A stretch of 63,007 nt of DNA, the filler included, from Reticulomyxa filosa (taxonomy: Eukaryota > Protista > Foraminifera), in assembly GCA_000512085.1 (NCBI GenBank). It is 19 parts of 19 records of this genome, joined end to end, with 100 filler letters (N's around TTAATTAATTAA, not from the genome) between each part and the next. Parts side by side here need not be neighbours in the genome. Positions count along the whole stretch, not along the records: positions 31,847 to 39,684 come from ASPP01024744.1; positions 39,785 to 41,514 come from ASPP01022624.1; positions 41,615 to 50,468 come from ASPP01001486.1; 16 more parts are not named here. One strand, given 5' to 3'. A program made the translations under genes and the position numbers. The notes beneath the pieces are model-generated. The model saw only the letters and a list, made by a program, of their open reading frames with translations. It ran no database searches and was not told the DNA's origin. Of this stretch, positions 35,400-49,851 are shown piece after piece (position 1 is the stretch's first letter; each line of letters opens with the position of its first letter).

Positions 35400-38300
35400 A
35401 TAACTAGTTGAACGAAGAAGTTGAAGGCGAGTGAGAAAATATCGTGAAATTTGCAGGAAATACTCGTTGATGGCGATAGAGCAGGCGATTAAATTGTGGA
35501 GAATCTGTCAATGTAAAAATAGTTCAATCGATGGAAGAGTTTGCGAAACTCGCGCCAAGACACCAGGAAACAAGAGGCGAAAGATGAAGAAAATAAAAAT
35601 TGTGTTAAGTCCGTATCGTGTTAGATTTGTTTTTAAAAAAAACCATTCAGCAGCCGGCTTTGTTCAATTGCGCATTTCCGGACAAGAAGGACAATTCCGT
35701 CACCAAACTTGACGCTCACGTATGTGGACTATCTTTAAATATTGTGCCTCAATAGAAAATGAAAATGCAGCAATTTCAAGCGGCAGTTCAAATCACTGGA
35801 AAGAACGTTTGCAATCAACATTGGCGTACAAAAGTCTCTGCGGATAATTATTGGCGAGACACAGCATCAAAGAGAACGTCGAAATGCAACAAATGAAAGA
35901 AGAAAAAAGAGGAAGAAGAGAACGCTGATGCTGTAAGAAAATAATCAACATTGCGATCGAGAAAACCACGATATCGGGAGAACTGTTCCATGTAATAGTG
36001 ATTCAATTTGTTGGAAACGTTTTGCGAAACTCACGACAGGACACCAGCAAGTACGAATAGAAAGGTGATGAAAATGAGTATGAGGAAAATGAAGAGAAGA
36101 AAAGTGATGTCAAGTTCGTATCACATTGGATTTGTTCGAAAGAAACAAAAGACCAACCAGTAGGTCGGCTTAGTTGAATTTTGTAATGAAATTGTCCTTC
36201 GTATCCGGGAACGCGCAAATTCGCCACTCGCGGGCGTGAACAGACTTCACATATCGCGCACTAATGAAAAGTACTAAAGGAGTGTTGCAAAGTCTGGAAA
36301 TGGGAGCACTATCAAGTCTACGAATAACTCTTGGAGTAGCATAGAACCAAAGATGGCATCGAAATGCGAACTACTGTCGTCAATGAACAAGAGAAACTCG
36401 CTCGTTATGGAAATGGCACGAGACTGGTCGCGTGCATGCGCACATTCGAAACTTAGATTTTGAATCGTTAGTATACTGATGAGAGATCGTGAGCTCGCGG
36501 GCGACGTTGAGTATTATCGGCTGTTGAAGAAAGATAGAGAGAGAGCTTGCTGCATTTGACTCCATCGCTGCAAGATTTGCATGCCTTGCGTTTGTTGAGC
36601 AGGTGTATATTATCTCGACGAACTGCCTCCGGTGGTTGATTATGAACTATAGGACGGCGTATTGAGTAGAAAGCAAGAAAAAAGCTAAACAACGAATACG
36701 TTTAATAGTAAAATAGAATATACCAATGGTGAGCTCTATCATTGCAAATGCTCACGTCAATTCGATCAGACTAAATCTACAGCAGCAGCGAGAGCAGATG
36801 GACTCGTAGTTGGAAAATATCGCCATATCGAGTTGGGACAATTAGCAAGATTCTTCCGGATCAATCACAGACAATCTAGACCTTGATGCCGCCAAAATAT
36901 AAAAAGCAAGCTCGCCAAGAAAAAAAAAAAAAAGTGAAAACAATGTGGAATTATGGTGTAGCAACGGCGGCAGTGACTGGATGCGAAGAAATGGAAGATA
37001 ATTGAAGAAATGACATGAACGTTGTTAGAAAATAATCAGCATTGTGATCAAGCACAAGACACTGGCAAGCAAGAAGATGAAGAGAAGGATAATTTGTTTA
37101 AAAAGAAAGAAAGAAAAAACAATCAGCGGCCTGCTTATTAACTTTAATTATGAAATGGCTCTTTTCGTTTGGAAACGCGCAAAGTCGCCACTCGCGAAAG
37201 TGGTTGAACGAATATGGCGATGTCTATCAACGTATACAGACATAAGTCTCTGACGCTTTGCCATGCCAAGAATTATCCGCAAAGGTTGTGTCCAACTGCG
37301 ATATACCGACGCCAACGAGCAAGTGAAACTTGGTCGTTATCGAAATGGTGCCAATTTTGTAAACTCAAGACAACAATCGAAACTAGTTGCGTGAGTATAT
37401 GCTCAAATTTGGATATTAAATGATGTGCGTGCTGATTGGAGGAATCGTAAGTTTGCATGCGATATTGAACATTGATAATCGTTGAATAGATAGATAAATC
37501 TTGCATTGGATGGAGTCAAGAGAATGCAATAATGTGTGCCTTGCGTTTGTTGAAAGAGCTTGTTGCATCAACGTAGGAGCACAAGCCTTTGCAGAACAAC
37601 TTTGGCCCGACAAATCACCAAGAAGGCGTCGAACTGCAATCTATAGCGCCAACAAACAAGCGAGACTAATCGTTATTGAAATGGAGCTAATTTCATGGCA
37701 GCAGAACAATAATTAAAACTTGTCGCACGCGTGCGCACATTCGCAACTTTAAATTTTGAATCTTGAGATCACTGGTGACATTGGCGATCGATAAAGAGAT
37801 AGCTTGCTGTATTTTTTGACTCAATCGCTGAAATAGTCTTGTAAGTTGTTTTTTTCGAATAATATCCGATTATTTTTGCTTAGTTGTCTACTGGATTGAT
37901 TATTGACTACAGGCGACATGTTGGATGCGACGCGATACTTTGTATTCGTCGTATTGTCTTAGCACTTGGTGAACAATGGAGTGTGGATTGCCAATTTGCA
38001 TTCGTTTAAGTTGGATTCGAATCGTGAGAATCGTTCAATGTGAAAGTGGCCCAGTTCGGTGAAGGAGTTGTGCAAAACCATCGTCAAGACACTAGGAAGC
38101 AAGAAGATGGAGATGAGAATGAAGATGAATAGAAAAAAAAAAACTCGGAGCCAGTTTTTAAAAAATGATAAACTAGTCGGCCGGCTTTGTTGAGTTTGGC
38201 TATGTAATTGTTTTTCATGACTGGAAGCGCGCAAAGTCGCCACTCGCAGGCGCCGGCTAACTTCTCATATAGCGTTCCAATTGATAATTTTAAATGAGTG

Positions 38301-39684
38301 CTGCAGTTTTAAGTAGTGGCAGCCGAAGCATTGGAAAGAGCATTTGTCATCAACACATGCACACAAAATTCTCTGCGAATAATTGTTGGCGCGGCGCATA
38401 GCCAAAGAAAGCGCCGAACTTCGGTCTATCGGTGCCAACGAACAGGAAACAATCGGTGGTTATGAAAATTGCGCTAATTCTGTAAATGCATAGACTGAGC
38501 AATGCGCACATTCGCAACTTAGATTTTGAATCGTGAGCTCGCGAAACTTTGGACATTGTTTATCGGTGAAGAAAGAGATAAAGATAGTTGTATTTTTCGA
38601 CTCTATCTCTGCAACAGTTGTGCCTTGTGTTTGTCGAGAAAGAGCATATTATCTTTGTCGAACTGCTTCCGGGAACTATGGATGACGAGTTGGGTGCCAA
38701 TCAAAAAAGCAAGAAAAAAACAGGAACGACGAATACATCTAATAGTAGAATAGACAAATGGAACAATCCTTTATTGCAAGTGCTTACGTCTATTCGATCG
38801 GGCCAAAGTATTTTTTCATCACAACAGCGACGAGAGTAGATGAATTTGTAGTTGGAAAACATTGCAATATGGATGTTGGAACAGTTGACCAGATTAGCTC
38901 AGATCAATCACAAACAAGCTAAACCTTGGCGCTTCCAGAATATAAAAGCAGACTCGCTAGTAAGAAAAAAAAAAGAAATTGTGATGTCGTGCAAAGTAAA
39001 AATGATGTCAACATCATGGTGTAGCAACGGCGGTAGCGACTGGATTGACGAAGAAGTTAAAAACGAAGAAGAAAAAGAAAATAATCGACATTGCAATCGA
39101 GCAAGCTGCACTACATCGGATGAATCATCCCATGAAAGATTGGTTCAATTTAGTTGTTCGAAACGCACAAGGTACCTTGACAAGCAAGAAGATATAGAGA
39201 GAATAGGAGGTTGATGATTTGTTTAAAAGGAAGAGAAAAAAAAAAACTATCAGTCGGCCGGCTTTATTGACTTTCGTTATGGAATTGCTTTTTAGGTTTC
39301 GGAAACACGCAAAATCGCTGCTCGCAGGCGTATGCTAACTTCACATAGTGCGCCCCAATGAAAAATGTTAAAAGAATATATCAGTGTCTAGCAGTGGTAA
39401 CCCGAAGCATTTGAAAGAACCTGTTTGCAATCAACGTATGCGAATACAAGTCTCTGGCGCTGTGACATGCCAACAATTATTCGCAAATATGGTGTCCAAC
39501 TGCGATCAACCGGCGCCAACGAGCAAGGGAAATTCGGTCGTTATGGAAATTGCACTAATTTTATAAATGCAGCACAGCAATCGAAACGCAGAAATTGGGC
39601 ACCAGTGTCGAAACTGGTCGTGTGTATGTGCATGCTGATAGGAAAAATCGTAAGCTCGGAGGCGACATGAGCATTGCTAATTCG
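35400..39684 (+). repeat. Tandem array of about 5 decayed copies of an unidentified ~1-kb unit
   Basis: Recurrent motifs: CGCAAAGTCGCCACTCGC-like (~36214, 37178, 38230, 39308), GCACATTCGCAACTT.GATTTTGAATC (~36439, 37734, 38505) and ATGGTGTAGCAACGGCGG (~36953, 39016). A further copy lies in contig 52597-53697. Confidence 0.75.
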
Positions 39685-41638
39685 NNNNNNNNNNNNNNNN
39701 NNNNNNNNNNNNNNNNNNNNNNNNNNNNTTAATTAATTAANNNNNNNNNNNNNNNNNNNNNNNNNNNNNNNNNNNNNNNNNNNNACCCACAAATCACAAA
39801 AAATGACCCATTTCTGAAAAACCCAATAACGTCTCTTAATTATCATTTCTCATTTTTAGAAAAAAGACATTGGTATCATTTGACTGGATTGATCAAACTG
39901 ATTCATGTTCGTTTTTTTGGGTTTGACTCTTATTGTAAATATTTTTAAAAACACAACAAAAGTAAAAAAGAGTAATACTGGCAACAGCAAAGAGCACAAA
40001 CAAAATTGTAAGTAACAAGAATATCACGAGTGCAAATCCGTAGAAATAATGTGGAGCCATTACAAATGTATTCATATCTAATGTTACATTGCTATGGATT
40101 ATCAATGTGCTTTCTTGTTGAACGCGCCTTCGAAGAATTGGGCCCAAGGTGTCACTGCTGCACTTATCTGGTAAACGCCCTTTGTGCTTTGATTGTGCAA
40201 GCAGAATTGTTGAAGCAAGTATATAAGCATGCTTGGAATAACACCGAAAATATTATGTCCTTTCACTCGGCTAGTTCTTGTTTTTTTGAATACTTAGATT
40301 GAACTAATAATTATAAATTAGACTATGTAATGCAATTCTCAAGTATTAATAAGGAAATAACCGCTATCACCTTTAGGTGTCGAACATGATTCACGTCTTA
40401 GAATAAGTGCACTTTTGACACACAAACATATCAAATCATCATACTTTCTTAATTTTCAAGAGTGGAAGTAACTTGCAAAAAAATTTTAAAAGTACGTTAA
40501 AGACAAAAAATTTTAAAAAATGTAACTGATATTGAACGTTATTTTTCTTTTTCTAAAAAATGAAAATAAAATTGACTTAAAGAACGCCAAAAGGGTTCAG
40601 TTCCATTTTTTAATTTTTTTTATCTATAATGCTTTGATTTTTCAACAAGTTTAAAAGAGTATAAGTTGATTTGTCACAACTAATGAATCTAACCCAATTT
40701 TTTGATCTTTTTTTAGTGAAAATTCTCGTCTAGCTCGCTTTTTTTTGTTGTCGTGAACAAGTCTTAATTCTTATGTTAACAAATGAAATGAAAATAAATC
40801 GAGCAAAATTTACGAATAAGAAAGTGTCTGTAAGACCGACCATTTTTATTAAAGAGATCAGTTCGACAATGTCAAGAAAGCAATTTCGACAATGTTTGCA
40901 GTTAACTAGCAAACCGGCTGATCGATATGGACATAGCCAATAAATGCATTGCAGTCTTTCGCATAAAAAATAAATGATAAAAAGACAAATTTTTATGAGG
41001 CAATCAAATTTTTCCTCAAAATGTCATAAGATGTTATCAATACATTAGATCACGGCCAAGTGACCAAACGCATACTTTGTTACATTTACAAAGTATGTAC
41101 CTCACAAGACAAGCGAGTATTAACAAAAAGTTTACATAGCAAAAGCATCTTTAAAGGTGAAGAGAAATATCCTTTTTTTTAAGAATTAGTTTCCAAAATG
41201 TTATGATATGAAAGAGGTGGATCAAAGAAAGTGATATTCCATCCTCAGCAAACGAAAGATTTGCAAAGCCAACGAGAAACTTTTTTTGTTTTTGCTATAC
41301 TCGTTTATATTACTCAAGGATTTGGTGTTAGCACTTTTTTTTTGTAAATTTTTAAAAGATATGTGGTACGTGAATTAAGACTTTCCACACAAACCAAATT
41401 TCGTTGTCACTTCTGCTCTAACCGGTTTTCTTTAGTATGCCCCTTTTTTTGTGAAAATATTATATTATTACTATCACTAAGTACATGCAAAGTCATCATA
41501 GCATCCATGACTCTNNNNNNNNNNNNNNNNNNNNNNNNNNNNNNNNNNNNNNNNNNNNTTAATTAATTAANNNNNNNNNNNNNNNNNNNNNNNNNNNNNN
41601 NNNNNNNNNNNNNNTTTTGGAAATTTTCTCCCAATGTA

Positions 41639-44600
41639 GTGCAAGTGTTGCCATTTGTTGCTATTGGTCTTGGTGTGGACGACATGTATGTGATGTTGCA
41701 ATGCTTTTATTTTAACGACAAACTATCTCCACAAGAAATGGTCGCAAAGTCATTGGAAACTTCCGGAGCGTCAGTTACTTTGACAACTTTGGCCAACTTT
41801 TTGGCCTTTTTAATCGCATCGTTCATGCCTTTGCCAGATGTGAATCGATTTGCTCAATTTGGAATGGTTATGGTAGTTCTTCATTACATTTCGATTATAT
41901 TTGGATTTACTGCAGTCTTGGCGTTGTTGGCACGACGTATGAAGAATGGATATAATGATTTCTCTTGGCTGTGTCTCTGGCAGCCATTTACTCGTGCGGA
42001 ACCTTCAACGGTAAAATCGCAACAGCCCCCAACTAATCAAGTGAGCGTATTGGACCCATTGTTTGATTTTATGACACGTGACGACATTCGAATTGGATTG
42101 CTTGTTGTGTTTTGTACATTTTTGGGAGCCGGTTTGTACGGTGTTTCGTTGATTCATATCGGATTACCGCTGGACAGTATTGTTCCTGCATCGTATGGCC
42201 AAGATTATTTGCAAGTTCGAGGCAAATATTATCACAGCTATATCAATTCACTGTACACAGATGGGTATCGAAGTGACATAAAACCCATTAACTGGTCAAC
42301 CAAATTTGAGACATGGCTGGATGAATCGGAAAAAATTCTTACCTTAGATACTGATTTGGTTTATCAAAATCCAAAGATCCACAGTTTTTGGGCATGGGAT
42401 TTCCGTGATTACAACAAGAACAACTACTTTACTTATTTTAATCCAGAGGGATACAAGGCAACATTCTACAAAGCCCCTTCAACTCCAACTGGAAAGTCGT
42501 CGGATTGTGAGCCAAATCGTTTAACGTATTGCAGCAGTGAGAATGCAAACTATACGTATGGCACGAATTTGTATTACTGTTTGTTAAACAACACCATAGT
42601 GTTGTCTGAAGAATGCCTTGCCTTCGTGCAAGAAATTACTCCTGAGCCAACAACTTACACAATTGCCAAGCAAGTTCAAATATATAGTCCCGATGACAGC
42701 AGTGTAGCCGGAGTGTACACGGCTCCTTCTTCCGACGTTACCAATGTTTACTATCGCAGCGATGGTGCGGTTGTATATCAACTCTCGGACAACTCGTGGG
42801 CGATTTTGGACGTGAACTATAATCTAAAGTATATCGGACTATCGACCTTGGATGCATCACCGCCTCCACAATATGGATGGACCGACACCAAAAACAATTG
42901 GGTAGCAATGACAACCATTTATTATGACACCAGCTCCTATTCTGCTGGTGCAAAACGCGGAGATGGTTTCAAGGAAACAGATGACGCAAGTTTGTTTGTT
43001 TTTTTATCTTGATATTTTTTGTGATTTGGCTTGAAGCTCCGTCTATTGACCGATGTGTTTATTTGATATATATTTTTCACGTAATGAATATAATGCAAAT
43101 AGCTCGCTACCAATTTACTGCATCGTATAATTTCCAACAAGGACATGGCAATAGCGGTGCGTGCAATGCATTGGATGTAATGAAAAAGAGTATGTCGGCA
43201 TCATCGACATTTAACCTGGTCCGTTTGGGCGATGGAACAGAATCAAACAGTATTTCATGTCGTGCATCCGTGGAGTCCACCAATATTTGCACAGCCATTG
43301 CATCTGGAGCGTATTCTGGCTCGCAATCATGCGGTACTTATGAATACTCGAAAGGAAAGAACTATTGGTGGATTGGCAATTGCAATGATACAAGTAATGC
43401 CGAAATAAATGTATTCACTATTGCAGCAAGTTCAAAATCAAGCATGGATAACACTGAAGGTTGCTATTGCACTGAAGGAACGGCAACTACTGGCAATCAA
43501 CTTAATTCCTATGCACAGTTTTGTGGAAATGAAAACTATGGTGGATTGAATATCGCTGCTAATGCTTCCAGCAATGCACAATGCTCAGCAAAAAGCCAAA
43601 AACTCGCGGTCGAATGTGACGCACTCACCACCTGTGACAATCTGCGCGTTTGTTATCAGTACATTGTGAATTCAGACGATTCCGCATGCACCGGCAATTC
43701 CATCAATGTTTACGAAGCTACTGGTCATGCCACAGTCTTGGCGGTGTGTTTGTTACCAAATTATTATTCGTTGTCGACATGTTGCCAGCAAGCAGTTCAA
43801 ACGCAAATTATTGATACCACGGATTGCGCCGACCTCGGTTCTTTGTCCGGCAATCTTGGCTCGGTTTGTGCGTTAAAAGACAGTTGTGATAGCTCTTGCT
43901 CGGAGATATGCTATGATGATGTCAATGCGGACTGCAGAGAGGAAATTAAGGACAATTGCCAACTATATTGGTCCCATGTTGATCAAGCCTCTTTCCAAAC
44001 CTGCATGGACGATGCATTCAGTTCAAATTTATTCCAAGCGTGTTGTAACAGTACTTATCCATCCCAACGTTCGACGTACGATGGATGCTTAATACCAAGA
44101 GGTGTGTTAATGTAAACTGATTAGAGGGAAAGTTTTTTTGTGCTATGTTTTCACTGAATAACTAAAAAAAAACAAAACAAAACAGCAACCTATTACGACT
44201 ATTCCACGAATTCATACAATTATTCCGAATGTGCATCTTCAACAACCACAGTAGGATGCGGCAATTACAATGGTTCAATGGCGCAATTGTCATGTTTGCT
44301 GAATAAGTATAGTACTTCATCATTAGGTGACGGATGTTGTCGTCGTGCTTTGGATTCGATATCTGTAGGTTATTCCTTCACCAAAGATTGCGCCGGAGAT
44401 GTGGAACACTTTTGCACTAACAGCAGTTCCCCTGGCAATTTAACATCAACATGCGCCAAATATCTATTATCGAAAAGAAAAAGTGGTGACTTATCGCCCA
44501 ATTGCAATCGCACATCATTGTACTGTCCTAAAATTGGCGTTTGGCCTGTTACTTTAGCTGGCTCCACAGCATCAGTCAACTGTCCAAATGGTTATTCAGG

Positions 44601-46137
44601 GACAAGAACGAGAAAGTGCATTGGTGGATCACAAACAAATATATTGGTACCCTATTGGGATACAGTTGATGAGAGTGCATGTGAGCAATTATATTGTCCT
44701 GCAAACGCCGACATGTACGGACAATCATGGCGCACGACTCCTGTGGGCAATGTGGCCAGCTGGCTTTCAACCGATGTCAAACGTAACAGTTCTACCTTGA
44801 ATTGCGCCTCACTCAATTATGATTTTACCGATCGTTATTGTGGTGTTGATAATGATAATAATGCTGTCTGGTCCAAACCATTGGCATATTGCAAACCTGC
44901 CTATCTGCAATGGGGACCATCTCTGAGCGGTAAAATGTGTAATTTGACCACTAGTTCGTTAATTTTCGAAATGGATACGTCATCACTCGGTAGCTCTGGC
45001 CTTGATGCTTGTCAGACCGAATGTTTGATTAATAGTGTTCACTGTGACGGGCTTGTGTACAACAATGACGCTCAAACCTGTCATGGTTTTGATTGGTGCG
45101 ATCTAATAACAGATTCTACTGGCGATTCAACATTTTATTATGTCCCGACGGTGTTCCCAGAGTGGATGGCTGGTACTTGTGCAAAGGGATATTCATGGTT
45201 TCCTTCCCAAGCCTTGAATGCAAAAGGTATTCCTAATTCTAAATGTTTCAATATCTTCTTGTGGGAATTTTTGACCGATCCCCAAGGAGGAGCAAAGTCA
45301 TTGTCCTATTTCCAAGCGAAAGACCCGAGTGTCTTATATAATCCTTACTCTGGATTTCTCAAGTTCGAGCTCCTTACAAGCTCAAACACCTTGGCTGTTC
45401 AAAAAATAGTCGATGATTCCACTGGTGTGACCATCATTGTCGAATTGCGAGACTTTGTCGACAAACACTTCAACGACAATCAACTGTGGGTCGTGTTGCA
45501 TGGTTTACTGTTTGATTTGGACACTCAATACATTCATGTTACCCGTTACTTTGTGACCAATTTGTTGTTGTTAATTATTGCAGTGATGCTGGCAGGATTA
45601 CTGTTTTTGATTCATCCTTTGACTGCATGCGTTGTGTTATTAGTAGAAGTGGTCATGGTCATTGAAGTGTACGGATTTGTCGACTGGGCCGATTTGCACA
45701 TGAACGGAGTACTCACATTGAATATGCTTGTCGCCATTGGTCTGACCATGGAGTTTGCTGCACACATTGCCCGAGCATTTATGTTAGCATCTGCAAAACC
45801 AGGCGAGAAAATTGGAATTCCTCATGCCTTGCAAGGACAAATCCGCATGAAAAAAGCTCTTCGAGAAATGTTTACACCTGTCACCTTGACCGCTATCACT
45901 ACCTTCCTTGGAATCGCTCCAATTGCTTCCGCCAGCTTCCCTTATTTCCGTGACTATTACTTTTTGTTGTACGTGATGATGATTTTGACGGGATGGGTGA
46001 ACGGTGCTGTGTTCCAACCAGTTATCTTGTCCTTCTTGAATCCTGGCACTTTCTCACATGAAAATGATCGAAGATCGAATGCTGCAAGTCGTTCAGGAAT
46101 CAGATCCACCACAGCCGCTGTTGATACAAATCAATAG
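41639..46137 (+). CDS. Patched/NPC1-family sterol-sensing RND membrane protein (5'-truncated; introns 42990-43102 and 44102-44185)
   Basis: SSD with LPFVAIGLGVDDMYVML and GASVTLTTLANFLAF. C-terminal TMs with LVAIGLTMEFAAHIARAF, TTFLGIAPIA and GWVNGAVFQPVILS. Both introns restore the frame. Confidence 0.92.
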
Positions 46138-46796
46138 AACATCACAATTAAATTAGAATCGACATTTTTTGATTGAGAAAAAAATTTGAAGGGAATGAAA
46201 AAAAGAATTTAAAAAATGAAAAATAAATAAAAAAATCGGTCGCGTGTCAAAATAATTTTTTTTTTGTTGTGCAAATAACTTTGTTGTGTACAGTGGATCT
46301 TTTCTTTTTAAATTATCCCAATTGTCCTGTTTGCTCCACAATTTTGCTTTGGTTTGAATTTGGGAAAGCAAAGATTTGTTGATTTTTTTCTTTTTCATGG
46401 GGATACGGAAGAGATGAGTGAGTCAAGAAAGATTTTGGAAGACACACATTTTTTGTGTTTGTGTATTTTTTGTTGGACATTAAACATTGTCTAATAATAA
46501 CGCAAATTCGTGACATAAAAAATCATTTAATAGTTTTTTTGGGACAATCTTGGGTTAATATCGAAAGCTTTCAATAAAGAAAGTAGCATTTTAGGCCCAG
46601 TGCTTCACAGCAGTTGTTTGGCATGTTTTATTCAAGATTAAACTGCTGCTTGTTGTGGAATTATTCTTTTATGGTAAAAACTAGAAGCAGTAAAATATAT
46701 ATAATAAATTCCTTTGAACTGTAAAGACTCAAAGGGATGAACTGAATTTAAATTTAGGGATGAAACCTCAACATAGGCGAATGAGAGAAAAAAAAA

Positions 46797-48199
46797 ATGA
46801 GATTTGCTTCTTTTTGTAGAAACTTGAAAGAAAAGAGAAAAAAATGGTGGAGTAAGTGGAAGAAATGGTTTTGGAGCAGAGAACGGCCGGTGTATGTGGT
46901 CGCAATGAAACTGTTTAGTGTTCCGTTGGTGTTGATATCATTTTATTTACTGATAATACCGCATTTCTCAATATTTGAAACAATTTCGTGCAAAGCTCCT
47001 TCCATCTTTTATGGGTCGATTGTGCCCTTGAAAAACCTTTTGCACTTAGGTAAGATCAAACGTGTGTGCCCATGGCGCAGAGTACGCATTTGCAAAAATA
47101 AAGAAAAAATAAACAAAACAAAGGTGCATTTTTGAGTGCGTGTATAAGTTATGAAAGGTTTGGAGGAACATTTGCATATGTGTTAGTGAAATGGGGATTA
47201 GGATACCAAATGATCTATTGGTGGTCAAATTTGGCATGGACAGTGGTGATGTTGTGGTTGGAGCGAGGACTTTGTGCACGGAACTCAAATGATAGCAAGT
47301 GTGTGAATATGGTTATGTTGTTGACATTAAGCCTTTGGCAAAGTGTTTGGGCAAGTGTGGGAGTGTGGGATTTGAACAAGAGACATAAACTGACTCCGTG
47401 GTTTCAGCACTACAAAGCGTATCAAAATCTGAATTGGAGATGTTGCATTGGACCGACTTACACTTCAGTGAGGAGTACGGACGACAATGACGACAGTGAT
47501 GATGACAACGATGACAATGGAAATAATGATAACAATGGCAATAATGATAACAATGGCAATAATGATAACAATAGCAATAATGATAATAATAGCAATGATA
47601 ATAATGATAACAAGAATAAACATAAGGATAAGAAACAATCAGCCCGTCTCGAAAATGGACATCCAATAAACGAACTACGACTGAAACAATACCCACATTG
47701 TCGCAACTTGAATGTGTTGTCACATGTAATGTATATTTGGTTTATTGTGTTTGTGTTATGTTCGATGTGGAATTTGATTGGCGGCCAATTGACAAAGGGC
47801 CACTACAATGTAGTTTTGGAGACGCAGCAACAGGCAACAAAAATGTGGTCCGAAATAAGTCATCAATTGCTAATTGGGATGACTATGGCCTTTCATCATG
47901 CATTTGCAACTGCAATTGTGTATCAAGTCATTTTTAATCCGCACAAAAAAAATGACATTTTGTTCGCATTGCTTTTCCCATGCATCATGCTCTTCATCGA
48001 CTGCGGATACATCTTTCATTTTTATTTTTTCTTAACGCACCCCAGTCCCAACGATCTGGCCACTTTGGTCCTGACGCTTCTCCACTTATTTTTGTGGATA
48101 TGCATCGCTTTCCACTTGTTCCAATTGCAAAGTAGTAATCGACTACTGCCACTACGCAGTGACAACGTTAATGCCAATGGTGATGGTACTGTCAACAAC

Positions 48200-48234
<35 letters not shown>

Positions 48235-48657
48235 TAATAATGCATTAGTCAAATTAAAATGGAGGCCCACTTTGTTTAGTTTATGGCAATCCCCTCGTCT
48301 TAGCCCATTGGAAAAAGATGGAGTCTCATATTTAATTGTGGGCATTTTCATCCAGTTCATTTCTTTGCAGGCTATATGCTGGTATCTGTTATATGTCTTA
48401 CAATTTTCATTTTCCTTGTCTTCATCTTCATCTTCATCTTCATCTTTGAATCGCATTTCCGTCACAACCATGTATCACATACTTAACGACATCATCGTGT
48501 TTTCCTTGCATTGTGTCGTGTTCTTCGTTCACCATTTCATGGCCTTGGTAAGGTCTCATTTGGAATTTGAAAAGAGTCGCCAATTTATCAAAAAGTAATA
48601 TATATGTATATGTATACATAATTTTTTAAAAATTAATTATTATAAGGTATGATAAAC

Positions 48658-48692
<35 letters not shown>

Positions 48693-49435
48693 GATCGAAT
48701 TGGTTAATTAGCGCAGTGTCTCTAATTCAAATATTTGAGATCGTGTCGAGTGCAACGACTTGGAGGGAGAGCTACTACATGTGGTTGGGTTTGGTATGCG
48801 ACTTTGGTCTGTTAGCGAGCAGCTATTTGTGCAAAATCGGATGCAGTCGCCTGAAGCATCTTTCCCCCACAGTTCTAATGGACATTAGCACCGATAAGGA
48901 ATTTGAAACCCATCCACAACAAATCGATTTACAGAATAAGTGCAAATACGCTTCGTATGTCACGTCTCTCATCGCCTATATCGTGGGCTTGTTTGTGTAC
49001 GTGTATGGATCTTTTTATTTGCTGCGTGGAGATGACCAGGGAGACGCCATGCAAAATAATACCGGCTCTATGCGCCTCCACTCCTTGTCTGTCACTACGT
49101 TAATGGAGTGGCCTTATTATGATATGATATTCCATTTGGGATATTTGGGCTCCATCTTTGCTTACGATGCCTTGATTGCTCGGAGGTGGTCTTTGTCTCT
49201 TGATATCACACGAATTGGAGTCTCTTGTGTTGTAGCCTTGATTCTTTGGTGGGTCTTTGTCATTCTCTGGAACTCAGTTCTACAATACCACCACTTTTAT
49301 TATGCTCTCTTGCTTCATCATAATTACATTACCTTCTTTCTGCTTTTCATGTGTGTTGCTTTCATTTTCTTTGATGTCGTTTTGTGGGGGAAACACTTGT
49401 GGTACTTTTACACACCCACTTTTATGCGCTGGTAA
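46797..49435 (+). CDS. Multi-pass membrane protein with Asn/Asp-rich insertions, multi-exon, function unknown
   Basis: ORFs 46797-, 47132- and 48716- carry many hydrophobic segments and are separated by AT-rich introns. AAT and GATAAC repeats lie in the coding frame. Confidence 0.55.
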
Positions 49436-49851
49436 TTCTCTCAATTGTCTAATCTTTTCAAACTTGCAAATTTTTTTTTTACATTTGCTTCGCACGCATC
49501 AGCATTCTTTTAAAACATGCCAAGTTTATTTTTATTTTTTTGCTATTAGCAACAAAAACCTGGACACATGAAAAAGAAATGGTATTTAGAAATTTTTAAA
49601 AGACGTGCAGATATTTTTTTTTTCAAACAAAAATATTGATTTTTCAAATAGAAAACCGATCATCTTCATAAGGTACAATTTTCATATGTCAGGAATTTTA
49701 TTTCTACATGTGATATCTGAGAACTTATTTTGTTCTGTTTTCTTTGTGCAAAGTTTTTTTCTTCAATATGAAAGAATTACTTATTCAGACTGAATGAAAA
49801 GGAGTGCTTACTCCAAAATTTTTTAAAAAAATAATTATATATATATAAATA

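Noticed and set aside
39815-40600. Weak inverted repeat suggesting a MITE
   Set aside because: The match is short and AT-rich, and no TSD is discernible.
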